Origin: an uncultured Dehalococcoidales bacterium
GTDB taxonomy: Bacteria > Chloroflexota > Dehalococcoidia > Dehalococcoidales > UBA2162
Assembly (NCBI GenBank): GCA_964569715.1
Contig: CAZMUD010000001.1
Coordinates: 1-54,839, forward strand
Direction of reading: 5' to 3'
DNA: 54,839 nucleotides
Shown here: positions 26,415 through 35,358 of the stretch, piece after piece
Layout: each line of letters opens with the position of its first letter
Position numbering within the stretch: position 1 is the first letter of the stretch
Position numbers and translations under genes: made by a program
The notes under the pieces: model-generated
What the model was told of the DNA's origin: nothing
Seen by the model: only the letters and a program-made list of their open reading frames with translations
Databases searched by the model: none

Positions 26415-26600
26415 TCATACACCCCTCACCCTCTTCAATCCATTCAGCGCCTCGTTCTTTTCTCTAATTCCCAGTTTTGTTTTGTGGATGGCTCCGGATA
26501 GTAGCTCAATGCTCTGGTCGTGGGTTTTTCTGTCTACCGGGTAGGGGATGCCGTCCTTGCCACCGTGGGCGAATATGTTATCCAAGTCTATTATAACTAT
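26415..26600 (-). pseudogene. 3'-terminal gene remnant (copy 2), possibly DUF763-like
   Basis: Between in-frame stops: IVIIDLDNIFAHGGKDGIPYPVDRKTHDQSIELLSGAIHKTKLGIREKNEALNGLKRVRGV*. It has no start codon. The HGGKDG.PYPVDR motif recalls DUF763 C-termini, from memory only. Confidence 0.45.
26424..26528. repeat. ~105-bp direct repeat, copy 2
   Basis: See 25603-25707. Confidence 0.85.
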
Positions 26601-26640
26601 TCACCCAAGGGATTGCGAAATGCAGTGGTGACCTACTCCG

Positions 26641-26681
26641 TTTTGTGATGTTTTTGTGACTTCTTACCCTCATTTTGTGAC
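26641..26681 (+). promoter_or_regulatory. three phased TTTTGTGA(T/C) boxes
   Basis: Boxes start at 26641, 26652 and 26673 (spacings 11 and 21 bp). A 7-bp inverted repeat TAAATGT-gat-ACATTTA follows at 26735-26751, about 30 bp before ATG 26780. Confidence 0.35.
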
Positions 26682-26779
26682 ACGGGTGTGAGTCGATTTC
26701 ACCAAACTACAAAGGGACCAATCGTTAATAACATTAAATGTGATACATTTATCAATCTTAAATCAAGTACTACAAAAGG

Positions 26780-26983
26780 ATGACATATATGGTAATGTGG
26801 AAGTTAAAGAGCTGCCCTCGATGTAGGGGTGATATCTTTATTGACAAAGAGCTGGATGGCTGGCACGAGCAGTGCCTCCAGTGCGGCTACGTGCGCAACA
26901 TACCAAACACAGTCAACGTCCACCAGCACAGTGGCGATAAGGAGAAGAAGGAGTTGTCCAAGTTATCTAGCCGATACCCTTAG
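26780..26983 (+). CDS. small zinc-ribbon protein
   Basis: CPRC-x17-CLQC: MWKLKSCPRCRGDIFIDKELDGWHEQCLQCGYVRNI. The start could be 26780, 26789 or 26795. Confidence 0.55.
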   Translation: MTYMVMWKLKSCPRCRGDIFIDKELDGWHEQCLQCGYVRNIPNTVNVHQHSGDKEKKELSKLSSRYP

Positions 26984-27018
26984 AGGCAAAGGGGAAGGGC
27001 AATAGCCTAAGACATCAA

Positions 27019-27249
27019 TTATATACTGCAGGTATCGCAGTTAGTAGCGCCACAGCTAGCGCAGGGGCTGCCCCCTACGGGAGAAGTCAGCCCACTCTCA
27101 TCCGTGGAGAAGCAAGCGAAGGTGGATAATACCCGTTCAGCGCTTTGCTGGCAGTGGGGGCAGGAAGCCGCCTCACCAGCCTGGCTTAACGGGCGTAATA
27201 GCTCAAACTTTAAATTACAATCAGAGCAAACATACTCATATATCGGCAT
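27019..27249 (-). CDS. FmdB-family zinc-ribbon protein
   Basis: MPIYEYVCSDCNLKFELLRPLSQ....CPHC is the canonical FmdB N-terminus (CxxC_CxxC_SSSS). Confidence 0.9.
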   Translation of the reverse strand: MPIYEYVCSDCNLKFELLRPLSQAGEAASCPHCQQSAERVLSTFACFSTDESGLTSPVGGSPCASCGATNCDTCSI

Positions 27250-27340
27250 TTTTCTTCTCTCCCCACCATTAGTTTAAGCAGTTTCAAGTAGTAAGTCAAG
27301 CCTGAGAGTCTTTATCAATCCAATCTTGTCGATTTATATA

Positions 27341-27528
27341 ACCCCATCCCCTGTATCCCCTTCCCCTTGATAAGGGGAAGGGGAAGATTTTGAAAAGAGG
27401 GGCTGACGCCCCTCTTAAACGCCCCTACTTATTAACTTAAAGTAAGGAGAGTTAAAGAGAGGCTTCGCCTCTCTTACATATAATTCCCCCTCCCTTTCTA
27501 AGGGAGGGGGATAAAGGGGGTGAGTTAC
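27341..27528 (+). repeat. composite palindromic intergenic repeat, locus 2 (full; central module inverted relative to locus 1)
   Basis: A: TCCCCTTCCCCTT-gat-AAGGGGAAGGGGA (27356-27384). B': AAGAGGGGC-tgac-GCCCCTCTT (27395-27416). B: AAGAGAGGC-ttc-GCCTCTCTT (27455-27475). C: TCCCCCTCCCTT-tct-AAGGGAGGGGGA (27485-27511). Tail: TAAAGGGGGTGAG. Confidence 0.9.
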
Positions 27529-27588
27529 CAAATAGATATTAAAGGGGATAGGTTTCCAGACAGTCTCGGAGAGTTTAGTGACACCTCT

Positions 27589-29142
27589 TTAAGCTTCCCA
27601 GACCACCTTGCCACCAATAATAGTCATCTCAACCTTAATATCTTTTATCTGTGCCGGGGGTGTTTTAGTCGGGTCATCGCTTAGTAACACCAGGTCAGCC
27701 AGCTTGCCCGGAGCAATGGAGCCTTTTATATCCTCCTCAAAAGAGGCGTAGGCAGCATTTATGGTATACATAGCCAGTGCCTGACTGGCTGAAATGCGTT
27801 CCTCGGGTAGAAGCTGCTGCCCTGATTCAGCCTGTCTGGTGACGGCAGCATATATGCCGACTAATGGGTTATCAGGGACTATTGGTGAATCTGAGCTACC
27901 GGCAACAATCACCCCACTGTTGAGGAAAGACTTAATTCGGTATAGCCACGGCAGCCGGTCAGCCGGCACCATAGCCAAATATCTTTCGCCGCTATAATAG
28001 AGGAAGGGGGGCTGAGTAACTACCACCGCCTGAAGCCTCTTTAGTCGCTTAAGCAAGCGAGAAGAGCACTCGGAGCAGTGCTCGATGCGGTGGCGCCGTC
28101 CAGCTTGAGGGAGCTGACTATGGGCATATTCCAGAGCAATGATGGCTGCTTCCACCGTGCCTTGCTGAATGGCATGGATAGCCAGTTGAAAGCCAGCCCG
28201 GTGAACATCAAGTACCTGCTGGTTTAACTCCGGCTGGGGAGGGTAGAGCTGTCCGGTGGCCTCACTCAGTACCATCTTTACCCCACCCAGACGCAACTGA
28301 CTATCACCGGAGCCTGAAACTAAGCCCGCCTCCTGAAACTGGCTTAAAGCTTCAATACCAGACATCATATATAGCCGGCTCTTTAGCTTGCCGCTGTCCT
28401 TAAAATGGCAGAATTTCTGCCAACGGTTAAAATCATTAACCACTGTCGCATCTTGCAGAGAGGTAATCCCTTGAGACAGGTAGTGCCGATTAGCTAAGGT
28501 TATGCCATTGGTTAGCTCGGCTTCGGCTAGAGGAGGCATTACCTTTTCTCTGATATGGCCTAGCATCTCACTCCCTAATAGGAGACCGGTTGGTTCCCCG
28601 GTGTTGAGGTCTCGGTCAAAGAGCCCGCCCGGTGGCTCCGGTGTTTCCCCGGTAATACCAGCCAGGGAGAGTGCCAGACTATTGAGCACGCAGGCGTGCA
28701 GGGAACGGTGAGACAGGACTACCGGATGGTGAGGTGCTACCTCATCAATATCCCAGCGAGTCGGGTGGCGTTTCTCGGCAAGGTAAAAATCGTTATAGTC
28801 GGTGCCGGTAATCCACTGGCCTGATGGGGTATGCCGAGCCTTGCGGCTGATGACTGCCTTTATGTCACTAATAGAGCTAACTGATGACGGGCTCAGGTCA
28901 ATGCTGAGCTGCTTTCTTATAAAGGAGAAAATATGGCAATGGGCATCATTAAAACCAGGCACCACAGTTTTAGCCTGGCAGTCAATTACTCTGGCTTTGG
29001 CTCCCCTGACCGACTCCAGGCTTTCGTTACCGCCGACCAGTAAAATCTTGTCACCCTTAATTGCCACCAGCTCAGCGGTGGGTTGCCCGGGGTCTATGGT
29101 TATCACATTAGCGTTTTTCAGAATAAGGTCAGCAACTGACAT
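27589..29142 (-). CDS. amidohydrolase-family metal-dependent hydrolase (Amidohydro_3/YtcJ-like)
   Basis: ILKNANVITIDP...AIKGDKILLVG...VVPGFNDAHCH and C-terminal GSIAPGKLADLVLL; 517 aa. Confidence 0.8.
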   Translation of the reverse strand: MSVADLILKNANVITIDPGQPTAELVAIKGDKILLVGGNESLESVRGAKARVIDCQAKTVVPGFNDAHCHIFSFIRKQLSIDLSPSSVSSISDIKAVISRKARHTPSGQWITGTDYNDFYLAEKRHPTRWDIDEVAPHHPVVLSHRSLHACVLNSLALSLAGITGETPEPPGGLFDRDLNTGEPTGLLLGSEMLGHIREKVMPPLAEAELTNGITLANRHYLSQGITSLQDATVVNDFNRWQKFCHFKDSGKLKSRLYMMSGIEALSQFQEAGLVSGSGDSQLRLGGVKMVLSEATGQLYPPQPELNQQVLDVHRAGFQLAIHAIQQGTVEAAIIALEYAHSQLPQAGRRHRIEHCSECSSRLLKRLKRLQAVVVTQPPFLYYSGERYLAMVPADRLPWLYRIKSFLNSGVIVAGSSDSPIVPDNPLVGIYAAVTRQAESGQQLLPEERISASQALAMYTINAAYASFEEDIKGSIAPGKLADLVLLSDDPTKTPPAQIKDIKVEMTIIGGKVVWEA

Positions 29143-29157
29143 TTTAGAACTTACCTA

Positions 29158-29241
29158 CCTCACCCCCTTAATCCCCCTCTCCTTCAAAGGAGAGGGGGAA
29201 ATGATTATAGGAGAGGGGTTTCGCCCCTCTCTGACTCTCCC
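29158..29241 (-). repeat. composite palindromic repeat, locus 3 (inverted; tail + C + one B-type hairpin)
   Basis: CCTCACCCCCTTAATCCCCCTCTCCTTCAAAGGAGAGGGGGAA (43 nt, identical to 47941-47983), then GAGAGGGGtttCGCCCCTCTC and TGACTCTCC. Confidence 0.9.
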
Positions 29242-29333
29242 GCAAAGATAAATAGCCTCTTTTTAATCTTTTGACCAGGTAACCACAGGGTAGTATACTA
29301 CTGAGTAACCTACTCCGACAAATGGAGACCAAG

Positions 29334-30062
29334 ATGAATATGGGGGAGCGAGCCGAGAAACTGGTTTCGTGGCTGAGAGAGAGAGTATTGGCTGGCGAGT
29401 GTAAGGGGGTGGTGCTGGGCATGAGTGGTGGGGTTGATTCCTCAGTAGCGGCGGTATTATGTCAGCGTGCCTTCCCACAAAGCATGTTTGGAGTGCTTAT
29501 GCCCTGCTACAGCAGCCCGGAGGATGAGGAGCACGCCCTGGCTGTAGCCAGCAAGTTTTCTATTCCAACTAAAACGGTGGTTCTTGACAGCGTTTTTGAC
29601 ACCTTACTCAAGGTATTGCCTGAGGATAGTGCTGACCCGGCGGCTAGCCAGCCGGCTCAAGCTAACCTCAAGGTCAGGTTAAGGATGCTCACCCTTTATT
29701 ACTTCGCCAATCAGCTTAAATATATGGTGGTCGGCTCAAGCAACAGGAGTGAGCTTTCTGTAGGCTACTTTACCAAATATGGTGATGGCGGGGTAGATAT
29801 TCTGCCCTTAGGCAATCTGGTTAAAGGGCAGGTGAGTGAGCTAGCCAGCTCCCTGGGTATTCCGCAGGAAATTATAAATAAGCCTCCCTCAGCCGGCTTA
29901 CGGCCAGGACAAACCGACGAGGGTGATTTGGGGTTCAGCTATGACGAACTCGACCGCTATCTGGTTAGCGGCCAAGCATCAGATGAGGTGCGGGGGATGA
30001 TTGAGTCTATGATGGCGGCTGGTAGCCACAAGCGCTTACCACCCACAGTGCCTACCTTCTAG
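29334..30062 (+). CDS. nadE: NH3-dependent NAD+ synthetase
   Basis: PP-loop VVLGMSGGVDSSVAA, plus NRSELSVGYFTKYGDGG. GGAGA lies 6 nt upstream of ATG 29334 (track start 29322). Confidence 0.9.
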   Translation: MNMGERAEKLVSWLRERVLAGECKGVVLGMSGGVDSSVAAVLCQRAFPQSMFGVLMPCYSSPEDEEHALAVASKFSIPTKTVVLDSVFDTLLKVLPEDSADPAASQPAQANLKVRLRMLTLYYFANQLKYMVVGSSNRSELSVGYFTKYGDGGVDILPLGNLVKGQVSELASSLGIPQEIINKPPSAGLRPGQTDEGDLGFSYDELDRYLVSGQASDEVRGMIESMMAAGSHKRLPPTVPTF

Positions 30063-30155
30063 GCTTCGCCTCTCTTTAACTCTCCTTTATTACCTGCCAC
30101 TTTGAAGGAGAGGGGGAAGAGGATTTGTTAAAGGGGCTTCGCCCCTTTTAATCCC
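30062..30155. repeat. composite palindromic repeat, locus 4 (degenerate/truncated)
   Basis: aGGCttcGCCTCTCTTtaACTCTCC (left arm replaced by the nadE 3' end), a half C hairpin TTTGAAGGAGAGGGGGAA, and AAAGGGGC-ttc-GCCCCTTT. Confidence 0.7.
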
Positions 30156-30232
30156 CTTACTAATAATGACCTTCCCTGTTTTTGGGCTCGTTTATCAAGG
30201 GGTCAGGTTAATAAATACTCTCATTTTTTTTC

Positions 30233-30261
30233 TTGCTTTAGCCAGTTCCCTGTGTTATTAT
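30233..30261 (+). promoter_or_regulatory. putative recA promoter
   Basis: TTGCTT - 17 nt - TATTAT with an upstream TG (TGTTATTAT), 16 nt before ATG 30277. Confidence 0.35.
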
Positions 30262-30276
30262 TTAGTTGAGGCGAAT

Positions 30277-31290
30277 ATGACCACGGAGAAAGGGAAAGCG
30301 CTAGAGCTAGCCATTGGCCAGATCGAAAAGCGATTTGGCAAAGGCTCAATCATGAAGCTGGGAGAATCGACCGCCATGTCCCCGGTGGAGGTTATCCCCA
30401 GTGGTTCAATGTCACTAGACCTAGCCTTAGGAGTAGGGGGTATTCCCAGAGGGCGGATTACAGAAATATTTGGCCCCGAGGCATCAGGGAAGACTACGTT
30501 GGGTCAGCATATAATTGCTTCAGCACAGAAGCAGGGAGGTATAGCTGCCTATATTGATGTAGAGCATGCCCTAGACCCCACCTATGCTAGCCATTGCGGG
30601 GTCAATGTTGACGACATGCTCATCTCCCAACCAGATGCCGGGGAGCAGGCCCTGGAGATTACCGAGGCGCTGGTCAGGAGCGGGGCGGTTGATGTAATAG
30701 TAATAGATAGTGTAGCCGCCCTAGTACCCCGGGCCGAAATTGAGGGGGAGATGGGGGATACCCATGTTGCCTTACAAGCCCGCCTAATGTCACAAGCCCT
30801 GAGAAAGCTGGCTGCCGCTATCGGTAAAACGGGAACAGCAGTGGTATTCATCAACCAGTTAAGAGAAAAGGTCGGCATTATCTTTGGTAATCCTGAAGTG
30901 ACACCAGGTGGTAGAGCTCTAAAGTTCTATAGTTCGGTCAGGATAGACCTAAGGCGTGTCGATACTATCAAGCGGGAAAACGAGGCAATAGGCAGTCATG
31001 TCAGGGCCAGAGTAGTTAAAAATAAGGTTGCGCCTCCCTTTAGAAGTGCTGAGTTTGACATCATGTTTGACCATGGGATAAGTCTGGAGGGTGACCTCCT
31101 TGACCTTAGTGTAGAGCTGGGGCTAGTGAGTAAGTCTGGCGCCTTTTTCTCCTATGGTGACATTCGCCTAGGGCAAGGCAGGGAGAATGCCAAGCAGTAC
31201 CTGTCTCAGAATCCTGAGCTTGCCCAAGAGATTGAGCAGCGGATTAGAGCCTCAGCTATCAGCACCCATCATCTTCTGGTCAGTGAATAG
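30277..31290 (+). CDS. recA: recombinase RecA
   Basis: [25 protein letters not shown], Walker [11 protein letters not shown], and [10 protein letters not shown]. Start at ATG 30277 (GAGG upstream), not track start 30166. Confidence 0.97.
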   Translation: MTTEKGKALELAIGQIEKRFGKGSIMKLGESTAMSPVEVIPSGSMSLDLALGVGGIPRGRITEIFGPEASGKTTLGQHIIASAQKQGGIAAYIDVEHALDPTYASHCGVNVDDMLISQPDAGEQALEITEALVRSGAVDVIVIDSVAALVPRAEIEGEMGDTHVALQARLMSQALRKLAAAIGKTGTAVVFINQLREKVGIIFGNPEVTPGGRALKFYSSVRIDLRRVDTIKRENEAIGSHVRARVVKNKVAPPFRSAEFDIMFDHGISLEGDLLDLSVELGLVSKSGAFFSYGDIRLGQGRENAKQYLSQNPELAQEIEQRIRASAISTHHLLVSE

Positions 31291-31341
31291 AAAGTTTATG
31301 AACTGACAGATTAATAGATAACAAGTAGATAGTAGGTGCAG

Positions 31342-31371
31342 GTAAAGCTGAGGCTATAGCCTCAGCTTTAC
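31342..31371 (+). terminator. 30-nt perfect palindrome between recA and recX (attenuator/partial terminator candidate)
   Basis: GTAAAGCTGAGGCTATAGCCTCAGCTTTAC; there is no T-tract after it. Confidence 0.4.
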
Positions 31372-31397
31372 GTGTTAGAAGGGGGTAGGGTAAGTTA

Positions 31398-32048
31398 ATG
31401 AGGAAGATTACTGCCCTCCGTATCGGGAGGGGTCGGGGGAAGCGGGTAAATATATTCTTAGACGGCAAATTTGCTTTCAGCCTGGAAGCTGAGGTGGCAG
31501 CCAAAGAGGGATTGCAGGTTGAGGAGGTGCTATCGGACGAGCAGATTGAGGCACTGGCTAGGTCTGACCACTTTCACCGCTGCCTTAATGCTGCTATCCA
31601 CTACCTTAGCTACCGACCCCGGAGTGAGTCTGAGCTAAGAGAGAGGCTTCGTCAGCGTGGTTTTGATGGTGATACTCAAGAGGCAGTAATAACCAGGCTA
31701 AAGGAGCAGGGATTGGTGGATGATATGGCTTTCGCTCAATTCTGGAAGGATAACCGGGAATCGTTTAGCCCTCGCAGCCAGTGGCTAACCAAGCTGGAGT
31801 TGAGGCGGAAGGGCGTGGCTAACGACATCATAGACCAGGTGGTTGATGCCATAGACAATGATGCTAGTGCCTATCGGGCAGCCCTGGGTAAAGCTCGAAG
31901 TTTACCCCAGTTTGACTATCAGAGCTTTCGTCGCCGATTAGGTGAATATCTCAAGCGACGTGGATTTAGCTACGGGGTGATACATCATACTGTGGAACGG
32001 CTGTGGCAAGAACAGGAGGGTAGCGGCGTAAAGCTGGAAAATGGATAG
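31398..32048 (+). CDS. recX: recombination regulator RecX
   Basis: It lies immediately downstream of recA, with repeated helical modules (SESELRERLRQRGF, ...RRKGV, ...LKRRGFSYGVI). Confidence 0.85.
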   Translation: MRKITALRIGRGRGKRVNIFLDGKFAFSLEAEVAAKEGLQVEEVLSDEQIEALARSDHFHRCLNAAIHYLSYRPRSESELRERLRQRGFDGDTQEAVITRLKEQGLVDDMAFAQFWKDNRESFSPRSQWLTKLELRRKGVANDIIDQVVDAIDNDASAYRAALGKARSLPQFDYQSFRRRLGEYLKRRGFSYGVIHHTVERLWQEQEGSGVKLENG

Positions 32049-32111
32049 TATTAGCTATTCATAGTCTACCCTTACTCAATAGAAAGTTACAAAGGGAAGG
32101 GGGGTGAAAAA

Positions 32112-33659
32112 ATGGGAACTGAATTCTATATCGACTATGTCGCATTAATCATGACGTTTTTCATCGGTGTGGTACTGGGAGGCACGGTTGTCTTTTTCTT
32201 CCGGCGAATGGCGATTAATCGTCAGCTTCGAGTTGCCCAGAGGAAAGCGGCTAGAACAGTGGCTGAAGCCAGACTTGAGGCCAAGAATGCGCTCAATGAG
32301 GCGAAGGAGGAGGCAGAGAAAGTCAGGTCAACAGCTGACACAGAGTATCGTGAACGGCGCGCTGAACTACAGCGTCAGGAGAACCGTCTGTCCTCCAAGA
32401 CGGAGACCTTAGAGCGCAGGTTAGAAGGTGTGGAGCAGCGTGAACGCAATCTGGCTAACAAGGAAAAGGGGATAGAGTCCATTCGCGCTGACCTTACCGA
32501 GGTTAGAGATAGGCAATTAAAGCAGCTAGAGCTGATTTCGGGTATGTCCAGTGCCGAGGCAAAGCAGGCCCTGCTTGAGAGAATAGAGGGTGAGATGGGA
32601 GAGGAAACTTCAAGGCGCCTTAGGGAGTGGGAAGATAAGTTAAAGGAGGAAGCTGATAGGAAAGCCCAGGGGATTTTGTCCCAGGCTATCCAGCGCTCCG
32701 CCTCTGAGGTGGTATCTGAGACCTCAGTGGTTAGTGTTCCTCTCCCCGGTGATGAGATGAAAGGTCGGCTTATCGGGCGAGAGGGTCGTAATATTAGAGC
32801 TCTGGAGCAGGCTACTGGCGTTGACCTAATTATTGACGATACACCTGAGGCAGTAACCCTGTCTAGCTTTGACCCGGTGCGGCGAGAAGTAGCCCGCCTG
32901 GCTTTAAATAAGCTTATCGTTGATGGCCGTATCCACCCGGCTCGTATTGAAGAGGTGGTAGATAAGGCCAAGGAGGAAGTAGACGCTACCATCTATAGTG
33001 CTGGCGAGCAGGCAGCATATGAGGTAGGGGTGCACGGACTACGTCCTGAGTTAATCAGGTTGCTTGGTCGTCTTAAGTATCGCACTAGCTATGGACAGAA
33101 TGTTTTGGCGCATAGTATTGAGGTCGCTTATCTAGCTGGCATGATTGCTTCAGAGTTGGGAGCCAATGTTGCCATAGCTAAGAAAACCGGGCTGCTTCAT
33201 GACATTGGCAAGGCAGTAGACCGCGAGGTGGAGGGCACTCACGCTGCTATCGGGGCTGACCTTGTTAAGCAATGGGATAAAACCCCTGAGGTTGTTCAAG
33301 GTATCGCTGAGCACCACTTTGAGACTACTACTACCGGTGTTTGGGGCTATATCACCTCAGCGGCTGATGCTATCAGTAGCGCCAGACCAGGAGCCAGGCG
33401 TGAGTCGTCAGAAAACTATCTGAAACGGCTAAGGGCGCTGGAGGATGTAGCCAATAGCTTCAAGGGAGTAGAGAAGTCCTTTGCTATCCAAGCTGGTCGT
33501 GAAATCCGCATTCTGGTCAAGCCGGAAGAGATTGATGACCTAGGGGCAATGAGGCTTGCCCGAGACATCGTTAAGAAGATAGAGGAAGGCCTGGAGTACC
33601 CGGGCCAAATAAAGGTTACCGTGCTCAGGGAAACAAGAGCTATAGATTATGCTAAGTAG
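32112..33659 (+). CDS. rny: ribonuclease Y
   Basis: N-terminal TM, a long coiled coil, a KH domain ([15 protein letters not shown]) and an HD domain (LLHDIGKA). Confidence 0.95.
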   Translation: MGTEFYIDYVALIMTFFIGVVLGGTVVFFFRRMAINRQLRVAQRKAARTVAEARLEAKNALNEAKEEAEKVRSTADTEYRERRAELQRQENRLSSKTETLERRLEGVEQRERNLANKEKGIESIRADLTEVRDRQLKQLELISGMSSAEAKQALLERIEGEMGEETSRRLREWEDKLKEEADRKAQGILSQAIQRSASEVVSETSVVSVPLPGDEMKGRLIGREGRNIRALEQATGVDLIIDDTPEAVTLSSFDPVRREVARLALNKLIVDGRIHPARIEEVVDKAKEEVDATIYSAGEQAAYEVGVHGLRPELIRLLGRLKYRTSYGQNVLAHSIEVAYLAGMIASELGANVAIAKKTGLLHDIGKAVDREVEGTHAAIGADLVKQWDKTPEVVQGIAEHHFETTTTGVWGYITSAADAISSARPGARRESSENYLKRLRALEDVANSFKGVEKSFAIQAGREIRILVKPEEIDDLGAMRLARDIVKKIEEGLEYPGQIKVTVLRETRAIDYAK

Positions 33660-33662
33660 GAG

Positions 33663-34493
33663 GTGTCAGCAAGGGGAAGAAGACAAGCTCTGGTGAAGTG
33701 TCTATCCCCTGCCGAAGAGCTGGTGTTAATATTAGCGGTTGGTGATATAATTGGACGGCCTGGTAGGCAAGCAGTGAACAAGCTCTTGCCTGGTCTGCGA
33801 CAGCAATACGGGCTAGACCTGGTCATTGCTAACGTTGAGAATGTTGCTGGCGGTTTAGGTGTAACGCCACCTACAGCTAGAGAGCTACTCGATGCCGGCG
33901 CTGATGTGCTGACCTCGGGAAATCACATATGGGCTCAGAAGGAGATTATTCCATACCTTGACGGTGAGATGCCTATTTTACGCCCGTTAAATTATCCCCC
34001 AGGTGTGCCTGGGAGGGGCTATCTGGTCAAAGGTCAGACTATGGTGGTTAATTTGATAGGGAGAACCTTTATGAGCAATTTCGATTGCCCGTTTAGAGCT
34101 ATGGACCAACTACTATCTGAGCTTAGCCCCAAGCCACCGGTTATTGTTGTTGATTTCCATGCCGAGGCAACATCAGAGAAGATGGCAATGGGGAGATACC
34201 TGGATGGTCGGGTCAGTGCTGTGCTCGGCACCCATACTCACGTGGGAACCATTGATACCCAGTTGCTACCTCAGGGCACCGCCTATGTTACCGATATTGG
34301 CATGACCGGTCCGGCTGACTCAATTATAGGTGACGACATCGAGGCAGTGCTTCAGCGCTTTCTGACTATAATACCCCATCGTTTATCCGTTGGGCAGGGC
34401 AAAACAATATTTAATGCGGTCTTGGTTAGGGTAGATGACAAGAGTGGTAAGGCGATGAGCATTGACCGAATCTATCAGGAGGTGGAGGAGTAG
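33663..34493 (+). CDS. TIGR00282/YmdB-type metallophosphoesterase
   Basis: ILAVGDIIGRPGR...VIANVENVAGGLG...TSGNHIW...DFHAEATSEK...GTHTHV. The true start is probably an internal GTG (33693 or 33723). Confidence 0.85.
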   Translation: MSARGRRQALVKCLSPAEELVLILAVGDIIGRPGRQAVNKLLPGLRQQYGLDLVIANVENVAGGLGVTPPTARELLDAGADVLTSGNHIWAQKEIIPYLDGEMPILRPLNYPPGVPGRGYLVKGQTMVVNLIGRTFMSNFDCPFRAMDQLLSELSPKPPVIVVDFHAEATSEKMAMGRYLDGRVSAVLGTHTHVGTIDTQLLPQGTAYVTDIGMTGPADSIIGDDIEAVLQRFLTIIPHRLSVGQGKTIFNAVLVRVDDKSGKAMSIDRIYQEVEE

Positions 34494-35344
34494 TGTCCAA
34501 GGTAGACCTCCACATACATTCAACTGCATCTGATGGCCGACTGAGCCCGGCAGAGGTCGTCCGTAAATCAGCAGAGGCAGGGCTAACTGTTATTGCCCTG
34601 GCTGACCATGACACTGTGGATGGTATTGTTCCCGCTCTGGAAGCAGCCAAAGCCTTCCCCTGGCTAAAAGTGATGCCCTGCGTTGAAATTAGCACCTATG
34701 TCCCCACGGGTGAGGTTCATGTTCTAGGCTACCTTATAGATTATACTCACCCTGAGTTGCAGGCTACTTTAAGGAGAATGCGTAATTCCCGGCAGGAGCG
34801 GGCTCAGGGGATGATTGCTAAACTGAAGAATCTAGGTTTGCCCATTGAGTGGGAGCGGGTCCAGGAAATAGCCGGCAGCGGTTCCATAGGCCGTCCTCAC
34901 CTTGCCCAAGCTATGTTAGAGAAAGGCTATATAGCCTCAATCAAAGAGGCGTTTACCAAGTATATAGGCTGGGGTGGGCCAGCCTATGTTGAACGGGACA
35001 AGATGACCCCTGGAGAGGCAGCGAAGCTGATATTGCAGGCTAACGGCTTGCCAGTGCTGGCACACCCATCAACTGTTAACGACCCGGAGGCGATGGTTAT
35101 TGAGCTAAAGGCGAGCGGTCTGGTAGGCATTGAAGCTTACTATGATGGCTATACTGCCGAAGAAATCAAGAGGCTGGTTAGCCTAGCCGAGAGGTATGGT
35201 CTTATCGCCACCGGCGGCAGTGACTACCACGGTCTAGACGCTAGCACCGAGACTATGATTGGTGGCGCTGATGTGCCGATAGAATCAGCGGAGCAACTTA
35301 TAGCTCTGGCCGAGCAGCGAGCACTAAAGCCAGCCAGCCCGTAG
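34493..35344 (+). CDS. PHP-domain phosphoesterase
   Basis: VDLHIHSTASDG...LADHDT...HP...GGSDYHG. Confidence 0.85.
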   Translation: MSKVDLHIHSTASDGRLSPAEVVRKSAEAGLTVIALADHDTVDGIVPALEAAKAFPWLKVMPCVEISTYVPTGEVHVLGYLIDYTHPELQATLRRMRNSRQERAQGMIAKLKNLGLPIEWERVQEIAGSGSIGRPHLAQAMLEKGYIASIKEAFTKYIGWGGPAYVERDKMTPGEAAKLILQANGLPVLAHPSTVNDPEAMVIELKASGLVGIEAYYDGYTAEEIKRLVSLAERYGLIATGGSDYHGLDASTETMIGGADVPIESAEQLIALAEQRALKPASP

Positions 35345-35358
35345 CAGAAGGAGGGGTT

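Noticed and set aside
26385-26415. GGTTCGAAC string resembling a tRNA T-loop, suggesting a tRNA or att fragment
   Set aside because: The flanking bases do not form a T-stem or acceptor stem on either strand, and the string lies in the ybjQ-like gene leader.
29168-29478. Two minus-strand ORFs (84 and 71 aa) upstream of nadE
   Set aside because: They read through repeat locus 3 (the translation HFPLSFEGEGD is the hairpin sequence) and overlap the nadE 5' region. They are artefacts of the GC-rich repeat.
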